Below, one piece after another: positions 44,626 to 57,569 of a DNA stretch of 64,000 nucleotides. A model generated the notes under the pieces. It did not search any database. It was not told the DNA's origin and worked only from the letters and a program-made list of their open reading frames with translations. The stretch's first letter is position 1, and every line of letters begins with the position of its first letter. This stretch comes from the human T2T-CHM13v2.0 reference genome, Homo sapiens: the NCBI RefSeq assembly GCF_009914755.1, contig NC_060928.1; one strand, written 5' to 3'. The translations under genes were made by a program, and so were the position numbers.

Positions 44626-45284
44626 CTACCATGACACCCATGGCTAAAATTATCATCACCATTATTAGTAGTACTATTATACTGTTATTTGTCCTGCATG
44701 TTAAAGTGTTTCTTCAAAGAAGTCAGAGCATGGGAAGAAAGCCACATTGTCTGCTATCTCTGAAAAAAAAAAAAGAGAAGGAAAAAAAACAGAAAAAAAG
44801 AAGTCCTTTTTGAAAAAGTCCTTCATAATACTTAATACCATGCAAGTTTTCAGGGTAAAGAGAAGCTGTATGCCTTAATAAAGGGAATGCACTCTTTTGT
44901 TCTTATTTTAATTAATAGTAATAAACCTGTTTCATTCTGCATATATACTTATTCAAGAAGAGGAATGTTTTTAGTAGATGAGAGTCTTGTGGCAACCCAT
45001 AGTTTAGGCACCTTTTAGCCATTATTACATTATTTTCTAATTCCTTATGGCCAGTCATTTTAGAACTACAGGCTCAAAGAAAAGGTCCCCTTGTTTTGGA
45101 AGTGAAGATTTGTTTCACAGGAATGTGTGAGTCAGCTGTCTGATAGAGTGTGCAGGTTTGAGGGGGAGGTATGTGGGGGTGAGATTTAAAGCATCTAAGA
45201 TCCCTCCCAATGTTGACACTTAATTATCTGGAAGAGGATAATGACTTAAAATTCCAGAAAAGAATGATTATGACAGGAAAACAT

Positions 45285-45500
45285 AAGTAGTAACAATATA
45301 TTGAACCCTTTATATGAAAGAGGTAGAAGGTCTTGTACCTAGTGAACATAATCTCATTGAATTCCTCCAGCAATCTTAAAATATGGGTTTTATTTACCTC
45401 ATATTACAGGTGAGGAAACTGAGGCACAATTTGGCGATGTCTCTGCAGAGAACTAAATGATCAGCAGAACTGAAAGCCCCATCTAGGCTTATTAAAATCC
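45285..45500 (-). mobile_element. MIR
   Basis: ctcatattacaggtgaggaaactgaggcaca. Confidence 0.8.
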
Positions 45501-45819
45501 AACACCCTCACTCTTTCCAGGATGTGAAACTTCCTGGAGCCCTTCTTCATGCCAGTCTCACCCTTGGCCCTTTGCCTCAGGGAGCTCACTCAAGCCTCAT
45601 CACAGAGCTAGAAGTGAGCTATGATTATCCACATGACACATGTGAGGGCACTGAGACCCCAAAGAATCCCCAGAAAGCAGATCTGGCATTCATGATCAGC
45701 AACACAATAAATGCTGCCTTATAGTGTTTGATTTTCTGGTGGCAAGTTATGTCTTCTTAAATTGCCAAATGAACGCAATGCCCATCTCCTTTCAGCTAGC
45801 ACATTTTCTCTTTGCCAGG

Positions 45820-46060
45820 GAAGCAGTGCTGCGTGATGGCTGAGCACCTAAGCTCTAAAGTCAGACTGCCTGCCTTTAAAGCACTGTCCTGTCACTCACC
45901 AGCTGGTGAACGTGTGAAGTTTCATCCATTTCTTCATCTTGAAACAATGACCTCTGAGGCTTGTTGGGAGCATCAACTGAGTCAAGTCATGTGAAAGCAT
46001 TGGGATAATGCATGGAGCCTAATGAACACTCAAAAACATTAACTACTGTTGTTGTTACAG
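45820..46060 (+). mobile_element. MIR
   Basis: gctctaaagtcagactgcctg...tttcttcatcttgaaacaatg...gtgaaagcattgggataatgcatgg. Confidence 0.7.
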
Positions 46061-46249
46061 TTGGCCCAGCTAGAATACACTTTGTCAATATGGTCCTCAG
46101 ACCATTGCCTCAGAATCTCACAGGGTAAGGCACCTCTATCATTAAGCTAAAAATCCCATTTTAATTCAACAATTGAAGACGTGTCCCGAGATTTTACTTT
46201 TCTCACAATCTCCCAACAGTGCCAACGCTGCTGAACGAGGTGCTTTAAC

Positions 46250-46400
46250 TAGCAAGGAACCAGGGAACTTTATTGACTACAGATTTAGTGGACCCTATTC
46301 CAGACCTAGTAAATCAGAAACTCTGGGGAGGAAACCCAGGGGAATAAATGTTTAACTCACTCTCCAAGAGATTCTAAGGCATGTAAAAGCTTGAGAAGGC
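46250..46400. mobile_element. MER5A-like (hAT-Charlie)
   Basis: ccagacctagtaaatcagaaactctgggg...tttaactcactctccaagagattctaaggcatgtaaaagcttgaga. Confidence 0.75.
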
Positions 46401-46931
46401 CGTGAGAGAGGCTTCAGTTGGTTCTAACATTATTTGACAGTGCAATTCACTGGAGACACAGTCTGATCGAATTCCTGATTCATCATCTTGACTCCAGGGT
46501 AAAATGCTTCTGATATGCTAAGAAACCCTCATCCTTTTCTGTAACAAAGGTAATGAGTTAATTTTCCAAATAGGGTAAGTAGATAATCCTTCTCAATTTA
46601 CCAACATAACTCACCCAATATTAAGAAGCATTAGAAAAGGCATCCATTTTGCCAGTGCAACTAAGCAGTAGTTTTCTAGCACAAATATTAGAGGCAATAA
46701 AGAATTTTATTCAAGGTTGACAGCTTTAGCAAACAGTTTCTGTTTTATATTGATGCTCTCTTATTTTCCATGTTTTCTCAGCATTCTGGATATAGCACCA
46801 CTAAAAAAATTCTTTTGGTTAAATTCTGAATAGTTTAAGCTTTAAAATGCAACTTATTGGAAAGATACAGGGGTAGGAATCCAAGAAATATTTGGACAAT
46901 CCTCGAGTAGGGCAGTGACCAGGTTAGCTCA

Positions 46932-47044
46932 TAGGGTGACCAACTGCTTTAGTTTACTCAGGACCATCCTAGTATCAGCACTGAGAGTACCAAGTTCTGG
47001 AGAATCCCTCAGTCCCAGGCAAACAAGGCCAGCTGGTCCCACTA
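46932..47044. mobile_element. MER81-like (hAT-Blackjack MITE)
   Basis: About 113 bp with termini tagggtgaccaac ... gctggtcccacta and internal cctcagtcccaggcaaac. Confidence 0.8.
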
Positions 47045-47059
47045 GTGCCAACCTGGCAG

Positions 47060-47330
47060 TAGGCTTTCTATGGATCTCTTAATATGAGTCAGATTACATT
47101 GCTCTTATTCTGTCCTTTTCCAAATTCCAGATTCCTGACAAAGAGAATTTTGCTGGATTAGCTTGGGTCAGATATCTACACCTGACCCAATCAGAAGTAG
47201 ACAAATAACAAATTGTGCTGTCCTCCCTTTTCCTCAAGCTGTCCAGGGCCCAACACTGTGAAATAGGGACCAATTCGTAGAGAAGACAGGATCCAGGCAA
47301 GGACCCTAAAGGGCATCTATTACAGTCTTT
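47060..47330 (-). mobile_element. Old MaLR LTR fragment (MLT1J/K-like)
   Basis: agcttgggtcagatatctacacctgacccaatcag. Confidence 0.55.
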
Positions 47331-47469
47331 CAGAAAGTGTCTCCAATTACTTTATAAACTCACCTTTCCTTTGCTTTGCTTTCCTGAATGCACCCAGGGA
47401 TCTATGAGCTACTAAAATCAACCATGCTTCACTAGGTCACAGCAGAGGGCTTGGTTGTGATAGAAAACA

Positions 47470-47700
47470 ACTAAAACGTGACTGACATTCATTGAGCACT
47501 TGATTTATACAACAGATATATAGATGACAGATAGATAAATAGATAGATATGTAGTTTTATCAGATAAATCCAGTGATGTAGGTTCTATTGCACTCATTTT
47601 ACAGATAAAGAAACTGAAGGTTTTTTTTTTTTTTTCAGTTATGAAGGCTAGGAATTGAACCAAGATTTTCTAGCCCTCAACCAAGTTTCTATCTACAACA
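47470..47700 (-). mobile_element. MIR with internal (GATA)n-like tract
   Basis: cattcattgagcactt...ctcattttacagataaagaaactgaagg. Confidence 0.75.
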
Positions 47701-47804
47701 CCCTTTTTTTTCTTTTTCCTCTCTCCCTCCCTTTCTTTCTCATCCTCTCTGTTCCTCTCCCTATATATGTATAGTCATATTAATGTGATAGTCTTACAGA
47801 TATT

Positions 47805-47807
<3 letters not shown>

Positions 47808-47837
<30 letters not shown>
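47808..47837. repeat. (TA)n microsatellite
   Basis: Direct inspection. Confidence 0.95.
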
Positions 47838-47839
<2 letters not shown>

Positions 47840-49979
47840 ACTTAGATACAATTGTGTATGCTTAACAGTTAGGATTTTCCGTATTAGGCTCAGAGAGAAT
47901 TGGCTAAGTTGAACATTTAGTAAGTGGAAATCTTTGACACTGCAGATTAAACTCAAATATTTTAATTCTATATCTAGTCCTCCTTCCATCGTATTTCTCC
48001 ATCAAACTTTTTAATGCCTCATTATCTGTTGCTTAATACGAAGAGAAGAAAACCCACCCCATTTTTATATCTGCAATAATGGCTGAAGAATTTCTTCTAT
48101 GTCTTCTCTGGGCAAAGCATTTGCTGAGCACTTGATATGGTATTACCTTCAAAGAAACTCTGCCAGTTACAGGGACATTAAGTAATTTCCCCAAATCCAT
48201 ACAGCAAAAATAAGGGCAGAGCAAGCCATCTGCCCTGAAATTCCTTGCCCTTTCCAGTTCACCAAATTGCATCTTTGAAGTCGGATCAAGATTTTCGTAC
48301 ATATCCTACCAGTCTAAGCACGTTTGAATGATGGCACATTGTCTCACTATATTGAGGCAACTCTTCCTTGCTTGGCTGTTACTCATAATTAGGAATACAG
48401 TTACATCTTTCACTTTGGTCCAATTTTTATCATATCAATGTACTACCCACCTATATATTTTCTTAATTTATATTTCTTTAAATCAACTTATTTTTTATGT
48501 CTGGCCCTAGTAATTATATCCATAAAGTCAAAGACGTAGTGAACTTATTTCATAATTTATAAGATGAATTACAATAAATATGTAAACATTTTAAAATGCA
48601 TGTCTTAAGGAAATGTTTGAATCAACATCTAAGAAAAATTGGTTTGCCCAGTAAGTCGCGTATTTGTGGGGTCAGCTAGCCTGATCCAGCCTTTACAGCT
48701 CCATGTAGATTTGCTCTTCTTGACTATTGCTGGGTGGTCCCCACTGTTCTCACATAGCCAAATAAGTTATTCCATTACAAAATTATAACTAATTTTTTAC
48801 AGAATGAATTATAGATTAGGGTGCTCTGCATGAATTTTCAGATTCCCAAAGATCTCAAGATGTGTCAAGAACTCCAAGGGATCTTTCACTTCGTATTTCA
48901 CCGCCGGGTCACCCTGGGCTCCAGGCTATCTTGAGCTGTTTTCACATCTTCTCTGATGGAACATTTTAAATGAGGCAAATTCTGAATCTGAAAATCTTTG
49001 GTGGCCTTTGCACATATCCTCTTCAGTTGTGGAAAAAAAACATATCCATTGTATCTGACTTTTCCTTTTTCACTCTCCTTCCATTTTACTGTCTGCTTCA
49101 TTGAGGAAATCTTTCATTTAGTGGAGTCTAGATTTCTTCCTTTGCTACCATCTTCATTTCCCACCAAATAAATCAGGTCTCAGCTTATGATCATTTGTCA
49201 TCTGCTGCTTCTTCTCCGGGACCGCCCCTAACAGCCTAGCAGAGCTCTGGGCTGTATTCCATGATCTCTTTTAATTCCTTGTTGGCGGCTTGCTGGCCCT
49301 TTCTCTTTACCTTCCTGCCAGGTTTAATGCCTTTTAGCGTGCCAGCTCTGTTTTTCACAATTTTTCCAAAATGAGGTGGAAAATCAAATCTCTAGCTCCT
49401 AATTCTCAGTGGGCAATATTTTCAGAGAATCCTTCAACATCATTCACTCTCTCAATTCCTCATCTTCTGAGCTTCTCCATCCATAAAACAATCAGAAATG
49501 TCTTCCTCTTAATAACATAGCTCTTCTGGTATTGGGGAGTGGTGGGACTAGAAAAGAGTAGAGGTGTAAGCAATGCAATATGAGTTCATTCATGCAAATA
49601 AAAATCACACTCCCTGGACAGAATCCCTCTTTCCCGCAGATCTATCTCTTCTAGAGAGTATGGGCAGATGGAAGAAGTGAGGGTATGCAGAGCTGGCGTA
49701 TGGCAGTCCCAGAACAGGGTCACTATCAAAAAGCAAATGCCAACCATGTGATATATAGGACTGCTGGGAATGTAGTCCATCATTGCTCTATGGTAAAAAA
49801 GAATACCTTCTCTAACATGACATTCTCTGAACCACATATAGACATACACACATACAAAAATAATCTCTAATCATGACCATCAGTTTTTGCCTGACTGTCT
49901 CAGCATCCTGTTAGCTACGTTCCTGCCCTCCATCTTATTCCCTGTGAATCCATCTTTTATACTGATGACATGGTAACAC

Positions 49980-50452
49980 TTTTTTTTTTATACTTTAAGT
50001 TTTAGGGTACACGTGCACATTGCGCAGGTTAGTTACATATGTATACATGTGCCATGCTGGTGCGCTGCACCCACTAACTCGTCATCTAGCATTAGGTATA
50101 TCTCCCAATGCTATCCCTCCCCCCTCCCCCCACCCTACCACAGTCCCCAGAGTGTGATATTCCCCTTCCTGTGTCCATGTGATCTCATTGTTCAATTCCC
50201 ACCTATGAGTGAGAATATGCGGTGTTTGGTTGTTTGTTCTTGCGATAGTTTACTGAGAATGATGATTTCCAATTTCATCCATGTCCCTACAAAGGACAGG
50301 AACTCATCATATTTTATGGCTGCATAGTATTCCATGGTGTATATGTGCCACATTTTCTTAATCCAGTCTATCATTGTTGGACATTTGGGTTGGTTCCAAG
50401 TCTTTGCTATTGTGAATAATGCTGCAATAAACATACGTGTGCATGTGTCTTT
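49980..50452 (-). mobile_element. Young 5'-truncated L1 3' end (L1PA2-like)
   Basis: gctggtgcgctgcacccactaactcgtcatctagcattagg: GAG (non-Ta) diagnostic, near-consensus sequence. Confidence 0.95.
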
Positions 50453-50689
50453 TATGATGTAAACTGAACCATGTCAATGTCCCACCGAATAGCTCCCACC
50501 TATGACTGAAATCAGTGAGCACTTCACAAAGAGTTTTGGATGGTTGGCAAGAGGTATAGTAGGAAAAGTAGTAGTGTGCTTAAATCACACAGCCATGATG
50601 ACAGGTCTCACATTAACTTCCTGATCGCTAACCTAAAAAAGCCCTCAATGCTGCCTGGCTATCTGACTACTTTACTTTAGACTTTTCAT

Positions 50690-52385
50690 TCCCCTATTCT
50701 CACAGCCAACTGATTCTTGTTGTTTCTCACCTCCAATTTCTTACACCTGTCCCATCCTCATTCTCAGCTTAAAACTTGCTGTGAAAATAGAAGCAATCAG
50801 AAGAGAACTTCCTCTAGCTTCTACCACTAGAGATTTTCATGTACCTGTATCTAAACTCATACACCCCTCTTGTTTCTCTTAATATGGACTAACTGAACCC
50901 TTTTCTGGGAAAGACCCATTCTTCACCTGTGCACAAGACTACATCCCCTTTCACCTGCTCTAAGCTCCAGCTCTCCTCTTATTTCCCCTACGTTATCACT
51001 GTTTTTAATCAATATATAAAAACAGCATTATCTTTTAACCATCATCATCATTATCATCATCAAAACCTCACTTTTCTCATTTTCCCTCCAGCTACTGTTT
51101 CAAACTTCTCAAAAGAGTTTCTATGGCCACTCTCTTCAATTCCTTTACTCCAAATTACTTTTGAACATGATTCAATCTGGCTTTCACCTTTGTACTCATA
51201 AAAATGGCTCTCTTTAAAGTCATCAACAACTTCTCAGTCCACATCTTACCTAACCAGTGGCAGCATTTGATAAGGTTGAAGGATCCCTCCTGGAAACACG
51301 TTCTGAATTTGGTTTCCATGACATTAAACTGTATTAGTTTTCCTATTTCTTCCCTTGTTTTTCTTCCTGTCTCCCTTGCTCTTCCTCCTCAACCCTATAA
51401 GCTCTTAATGAAGCAGTACCCCAGGGACTACATTTAGACTTTCCAGTTTGTCTGCACTCACACTCTCACTGGTTTTACCCAGTCTCATGGCTTTATGATT
51501 AACACTGACAGCTCCCAAAAGTATAGCTCCTCTTAGGACCTCTCTCCTGCCCTCCAGACTCATACATCCAATTGCCTGCTTGGCAACTCTGTTGGGTATC
51601 TCAAACTTGTCAGGTTCAAAACAGAGCTCCCGATATTTCTTACTCCCAAATATGCTCCTTCTTTACTCTCCCCCCATTTCAGGACAGGTGAAGTCTTATA
51701 ATTAGTGAGGTCAAAAATGTTAGTATCATGATTGTCTTTTCTTTTCTCATGCTTCACATCTGATCTATGAGCCAGTTCTGTCAGGACTACCTTAGTAGTT
51801 TTCAGCATATTCAGAATCCAACCACTTTCACCATCACCATTGCCTCTGTGCTGCTCTGAGCCTTGTTCATCTCAAGCTTAAATTATTGCAATATCTTTCC
51901 AGGTGGTCTCCCTGGAAAGTCACAACCTTGTAATCTCCTCTCTACACAAGGGCCACAGTGATCCTGTGCAAACGCAAATTGGATGACATCACTCCTCTGG
52001 TCCAATCTTCTCATGTCTTTCAGTCTCAGAGTAAAAGCCACGATCTTGCAAAAACCTACAAGGCCTTGCAAAATCTGCCCCCCCCCCCATCTCTTGTGTT
52101 TTATTTTCTTTCCTATTGCTCTTTCCTCCATTCATTCTGTTCCAGCTCTTTGCACAGTTCCAAGCATCCTGCGGCCTTGGGGCATTCACAAAATTGCTTG
52201 CTCTATCTTATCATTCCCCCAATCCCTTACCCATCCCATATATTCATGGTTTTTCTCTCACCTTTAAATTTTACCCAAATGTCATCTTCTCAGTGCAATT
52301 TTATTTAATTGCAGCTCTCCCTGTTGGACCCCTTCTTGCTCCACATTTGCTTGTCTCCATTGCACTTACCACTGCCTACTTGACT
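50690..52385 (+). mobile_element. Long L2 fragment
   Basis: gagaaaatagaagcaatcagaagagaacttcc-like start, gcagcatttgataaggttga RT motif, catacatccaattgcctgcttggcaactct, cagaatccaaccacttt. Confidence 0.85.
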
Positions 52386-52387
52386 CT

Positions 52388-52715
52388 TGTCTTAGCTCAG
52401 ATTGCCATACCGAAATACCATAGACTGCATGGCTTAAACAACAGGAATTTATTTCTCATAGTTCTGGATGTTGGGAAGATCATGATATGGACTGATTCAG
52501 TTCACCCTTATGGGCTCTATTCCTGGCTTACAGTCAGCCTTCTTTTTGCTACGTTCTAACATGGCAGAGAGAGAGAATGCTCTGGCCTCTCTTCCTCTTC
52601 TTATAAAGATGTTAATCCCATTATGGGAGTCCCAACTTCATGACCTCATTTAATTACCTAATTACCATCCAAAGTCCCCACCTCCAAGTACCATTCCATT
52701 GCAAATTAGGGCATT
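52388..52715 (-). mobile_element. MLT1A-like LTR
   Basis: tgtcttag...aaataccatagactgcatggcttaaacaacaggaatttatttctcatagttctgga. Confidence 0.9.
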
Positions 52716-52862
52716 TTTACTGCAAAATTTCTCAGTAACTTTAGAGAATGTCATGTATGCATCTCCTGGGGGAGGTCTGGGCAGATAAAATTCCCAATGT
52801 TTCACACATACATTTGACCACTGGGTTGTCAGGGAATCTTTTGGGATGTATCCTTTAGACCC

Positions 52863-53535
52863 CTGCTAGTCATGATGTGGTTTGTGGACCAGTGCAGGTT
52901 CACAAATTATTTATTGATTGTCTGCAATGAGAGAAATACAGAAACGGAGAGTCAATATTTAGAAAACGCTATAACAAATTGACAATGCTGCCAAGAATAG
53001 TCATATGGTTTGGCTCTGTGTCTGCACCCAAATCTCACCTCAAATTGTAATTCTGACATGTCAAATGAGGGGCCTGCTGGGAGGTGAATGAATCATGGAG
53101 GTGGTCTCTAATGGTTTAGCACCATTGCCCTAGTGCTGTGTCCTGAGTTCTCATGAGATCTGGCTGTTTAAAAGTGTTCAGCATTCCCTGTGTCTCGCTC
53201 TCTCTCCACTGCTCCACCATGGGAAGATGTGCCTTGCTTCTCCTTCACCTCCTGCCATGATTGTAAGTTTCCTGAGGCCTCCCCAGCCATGCAAACTGTG
53301 AGTCAATTAAACCCATTTTCTTCTTAAATTACCCAGTCTCGGGTAGTTCTTTAAAGCAGTGCGAAAATGGACTAATACAAATATGAACAGTAGCTTGTGA
53401 AGTTTTTTTTTTTCACACTTCATTTTTCTAGTAATTCATCTTTATTGTGTTTTACAAAAGTATCAGTTCATGGCAGATTTAAAGTAATAAGAAGAAAAAT
53501 CTTTCACTTACTGCAGATAATTTGGGAAGCACCTC
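52863..53535. mobile_element. hAT-Charlie remnant (Charlie4-like), split by an MST LTR
   Basis: gtggtttgtggaccagtgcaggttcacaaa...aaatacagaaacggagagtcaatatttagaaa; ends cagataatttgggaagcac. Confidence 0.55.
53001..53379 (+). mobile_element. MaLR solo LTR (MSTA/THE1D-like)
   Basis: atatggtttggctctgtgtc...ccatgattgtaagtttcctgaggcctccccagccatg...gaaaatggactaataca; 5-bp TSD aatag/aatat. Confidence 0.93.
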
Positions 53536-54184
53536 CTCCAGGCAGATTTTAGGAAATATTGGTTAAATTCCAAAGGTAGAAAAAAATCTCTTGTAAGTCC
53601 AGTCTCTAGACTTTTTCCTAACATTCCCAGCTGCACCTTGTATGCCAACTGAGTCAACTTGCTCCTCTAAGCCCTACGTGTGTCCGGGCTGTTCATCTGC
53701 TTGCCATGTCTTTCCTGCCTCACATGCCTGATGCACATTTTATCCTTCAGAATTTGGTTAAGAGGTTAATGGTGCTAGAAAGAGTCCCCAGATTCCTCTC
53801 CATAAACTTGATGACCTCACTTTACCTCCACGACTTTCTGGTAATCTTATCCTCAAATCAGTGCTCCACTGTTGTTTTTGTTTAGATTTTATTTTTAATT
53901 GACACAAAATAATTGTTCATATTTATAAAGTACAATGTTTCAATATATGTATATAATGCATGATGATCAAATTAGAGTAATTAGAATATCTATCACCTCA
54001 ATCACTTATCATTTCTTTGTGGTAAGACCATTCAAAATCCTTTATTCTAGCTGTTTTGAAATAAACAATACATTCTTATTAACTATAATCACCCTACTGT
54101 GCAATAGAACACCAGATCTTATTCCTTCTAAGTAACCGTAACTTTCTCCCCATGAACCATTTTCTACCCATTCCCCTTCCCCCA

Positions 54185-54536
54185 TGTATTTGTGTGTTTT
54201 CACCCTGCTGATAAAGATATACCCAAGACTGGGAAATTTACAAAAGAAAAAGGTTTAATTGGACTTACAGTTCCTCATTGCTGGGGAAGCCTCACAATCA
54301 CTGCGGAAGGCAAGGGGGAGCAAGTCACGTCTTACGTGGATGGCGGCAGGCAAAGAGCTTCTGCAGGAAAACTCCGTCTTATAATAACCATCAGATCTCA
54401 TGAGACTTACTCACTATCACCAGAGAAGAATGGGAAAGACCTGCCCCCATGATTCAATTACCTCCCACCTGGTCCCTCCCACAACACACGGGAATTCAAG
54501 ATAAGATTTTGGTGGGTACACAGCCAAACCATATCA
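54185..54536 (-). mobile_element. THE1B-like solo LTR
   Basis: tgtatt...gctgataaagatatacccaagactggg...catgattcaattacctcccac...cacagccaaaccatatca. Confidence 0.95.
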
Positions 54537-54740
54537 TCAACTACTCTTCCCAGCCCATGGTAGCCACTATTCAATTCTCTACATCAGTGAGATCAACGAC
54601 TTTAGATTCTGCATATGAGTGAGATTATGCAGTATTTGTCTTTCTGTGTTAGGTTTATTTCAGTTAACATAATGTCTTCCAGGTTCATTTATATTGTCAC
54701 AAATGATAGGATTTTATTCTTTATGGCTAAATAGTATTCC

Positions 54741-54742
<2 letters not shown>

Positions 54743-54790
<48 letters not shown>

Positions 54791-54800
54791 TCTATGTGTG
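54743..54800. repeat. (TG)n microsatellite inside L1MA
   Basis: Direct inspection. Confidence 0.95.
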
Positions 54801-55379
54801 TTTGTATACCATATATATGCCACATTTTATTTATTCATTTATTTATTCATTTTATTTATCCATTTATTTATTCATTTTATTTATCCATAAATGTTAATGA
54901 ACATTTAGGTTGATTCCATAACTTGACTATTGTGAATAGTGTTGCAACAAACATGAGAGTGAGACATCTCCTTGACATACTGATTTCATTTCCTTTGGAT
55001 ATATATCCAGCAGTGGGATTGCTGGATCATAAGGTAGTCCCAGTTTTAATTTTTTGAGAAATCTCCATATTGTTTTTCATAATGGCTAAACTAATTTACA
55101 TTCTCACCAACAGTATTTAAGGGTACCCTTTTCTCCACATCCTTCCCAACACTTGTTATCTTTTGTATTTTTGATAGAAGTCATTCTAACTGGAGTAAGG
55201 TAATACCTCATTGTGTTTTGATTTGCATTTCCATGATGATTAGTGATGTTAAATATTTTTTTCATATACCTCTTTGTCATTTGAATGTCTTTTTTTGAGA
55301 AATGTCTAGTCAGGTCTTTCGCCTATTTTTAAACCAGATTATTTGTGTTTTTGTGATTGAGTTGTTTGAGTTCTCTTTT

Positions 55380-56700
55380 CTCTCCAACTTCATACCTCAT
55401 CCCTGGGCAACCATTAATCTAGTTTCTGTCTCTATAGATTTCTGTATTCTGGACATTCATATAAATGGAATCATAAAAGATGTGGTCTTTTGTGTTTGGT
55501 TTCTTTCACTTAGTATAATATTTTTCAAGGTTCAACAATGTTGTAGCATGTATTCGTACTTTATTCCTTTTTATTGCCAGTGTTTGCTAGTATTTTATTG
55601 AGAAATTTTGTGTCTACATTTATAAGAGATACTGCTCTCTAGTTTTCTTTTCTTGTGCTGTTTTTACCTGGTTTTGGCATAAGGATAATGCTAGCTCCTA
55701 GAATGGGTTTGGAAATATTCCTTTGTCTTCTCTTTTTTGAAAGAGTTTGTAAAGAATTATTACTAATTCTTCTTTAAATGTTTAATCGAATTCACCAGCA
55801 AAGCCATCTGGAATTGGGCTTTAATTTGTGGGAAATGTTTTCGTTTGAAATTAAATCATTTTACTTGTAATAAGTTTATTCAGATTTTCTATTTCACTTT
55901 GAATCAATGGTGGTTGTTTCTGGTTGTCTTTCTAGAAATTTGTCATGTCATCTAAGCTACCTAATTTGTTGGCACACAAATGTTCACAGCATTCCTATAT
56001 GATCCTTTTTTATTTCTGTAAGGTTGGTAGTGATGTCTCCACTCCCACTTTTGATTTTATCAACTTATACCTTCTTTCCTTTCTTCTTCAGTCTAGCTAA
56101 AATTTTGTCAATTTTAATTTTTTTCTTAAAGAACCAATTAGAATTGATTGATTTTTTGTTTTTCTATTTCCTATTTTATTTATTTCTGTTCTAATATTTA
56201 CTATTTTCTTCCTTCTGATTGTTTTGCATTTAGTTTGCTCTTCTTTTTATAGTTTTTTAAGTTGTCAGGTTAGATTATTGACTTGAGATGTTATTATATA
56301 GACATTTGTAGTTATAAATTTCTCTGTAAGTACTGTGTAAGCTACATTCTATAATTTTTCGTATGTTTTATCTTCATTTTCATTTCTCTCATAGCATTTT
56401 CTAATCTTTCTGGCATTTTTCAGACCATTGATTACTCAAGAATGTGTTGCTTAATTTCCACATAATTGTGAATTTCTAAATTTCCTTCTGTTACTGATTT
56501 CTCATTTCATTCCACTGTGGTTGGAGACCATACTTTGTATAATTTTTTAAAAATTTATTCAGACTTGTTTTATGCCCTAGCATATAATCTATCCTGGGGA
56601 ATGTTCCATATGTACTTGAAAAGAGTATATATTCTGCTGTTTTTTTCTATCACGCCTAGTTGGTGTCTATCACATCTATTTGGTGTATACTGTTGTTCAA
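55380..56700 (-). mobile_element. Old L1M fragments (3' UTR piece joined to ORF2 5'-region sequence)
   Basis: ctgggcaaccattaatctagtttctgtctctatagatt (3' UTR), then gaattcaccagcaaagccatctgg and cttcagtctagctaaaattttgtcaatttt (ORF2). Confidence 0.85.
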
Positions 56701-56787
56701 AGAAATAGAGGACTTGAGCAACGCTATACACCAGATAGACCTGACAGACATTTACACAATGTTCCATACCAAAGCAGCAGAAATACT
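56701..56787 (+). mobile_element. Inverted L1 ORF2 piece (fold-back of the adjacent L1M)
   Basis: aagaaatagaggacttgagcaacgctatacaccagatagacctgacagacatttac is sense L1 endonuclease-region sequence, reverse-complementary to 56664-56700. Confidence 0.8.
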
Positions 56788-57569
56788 TGACTAGTTGTTC
56801 AGAATTTATTTTTAATTTTAATAAATATATTTCAATGCATCCATCTCACTTACTCATTTCTCATAAAAGTAATATGAGTAACACCCCTCTACGACCAAGG
56901 AAAAAGTGGCTATTTTTGATTCCTCTGATTCAATAGATCACTGTAGAACATGAAGTCACCAAATATTTTTGTGTAAGAGCTCTCTGAAAATTAATCTTGA
57001 CAGGATTGTTGGGGGATTACTGGCACAGGTGTAGACTGCCAGGCTGTCTCTCCTGCTTTGCACATAGCCTTTTTTGAGTATAAATAGAAGAAGAACATTA
57101 CTGCTTTCTGCTATTTCAGGAAAGAACACACCCATTTATTTAGTCATTCATAAGCACTGAGTTGAATGCCTACTGTAAGACAAGCCCTAAGAGTACTTAT
57201 AGTAAACATACACTTGATTCTACTACGACATAAAATCCAGAATCTGATGGCCAATCCTACTGACAGCAGCTAAGAGTAAGAACTTGACATGCTCAGCAGG
57301 TACATAAGATATACTTTCCAGATCAATGCTGGATTATGAATGCTTTCTGTCCACAGGATTCTCTACATGCTCCTTTCCTTACCTCCATCAATTTCTGATG
57401 TGGGCAAGAAGGATTGTTGTACCCAATAACTGAGTCTACAAACTCAAGTCTCTTCATTATGTCTAGGGCAATGCCCAGTGTCCTAAGACCACCAGTTGCA
57501 ACCTCCTACAATAACCCCATTACATTGGCTAATTTTGTTGATATATCTGAATACATACATATCTGACTA

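Larger units (their letters stand above)
53873..55372 (-). mobile_element. L1MA (L1MA4/5-like) 3' part, split by THE1
   Basis: tttttaattgacacaaaataattgttcatattta...gagattatgcagtatttgtctttctgtg...cagcagtgggattgctggatcat. Confidence 0.9.

Noticed and set aside
51883-52559. Cluster of overlapping ORFs on both strands
   Set aside because: They lie within L2 and MLT1A remnants and show low-complexity, stop-poor composition without domain signal.
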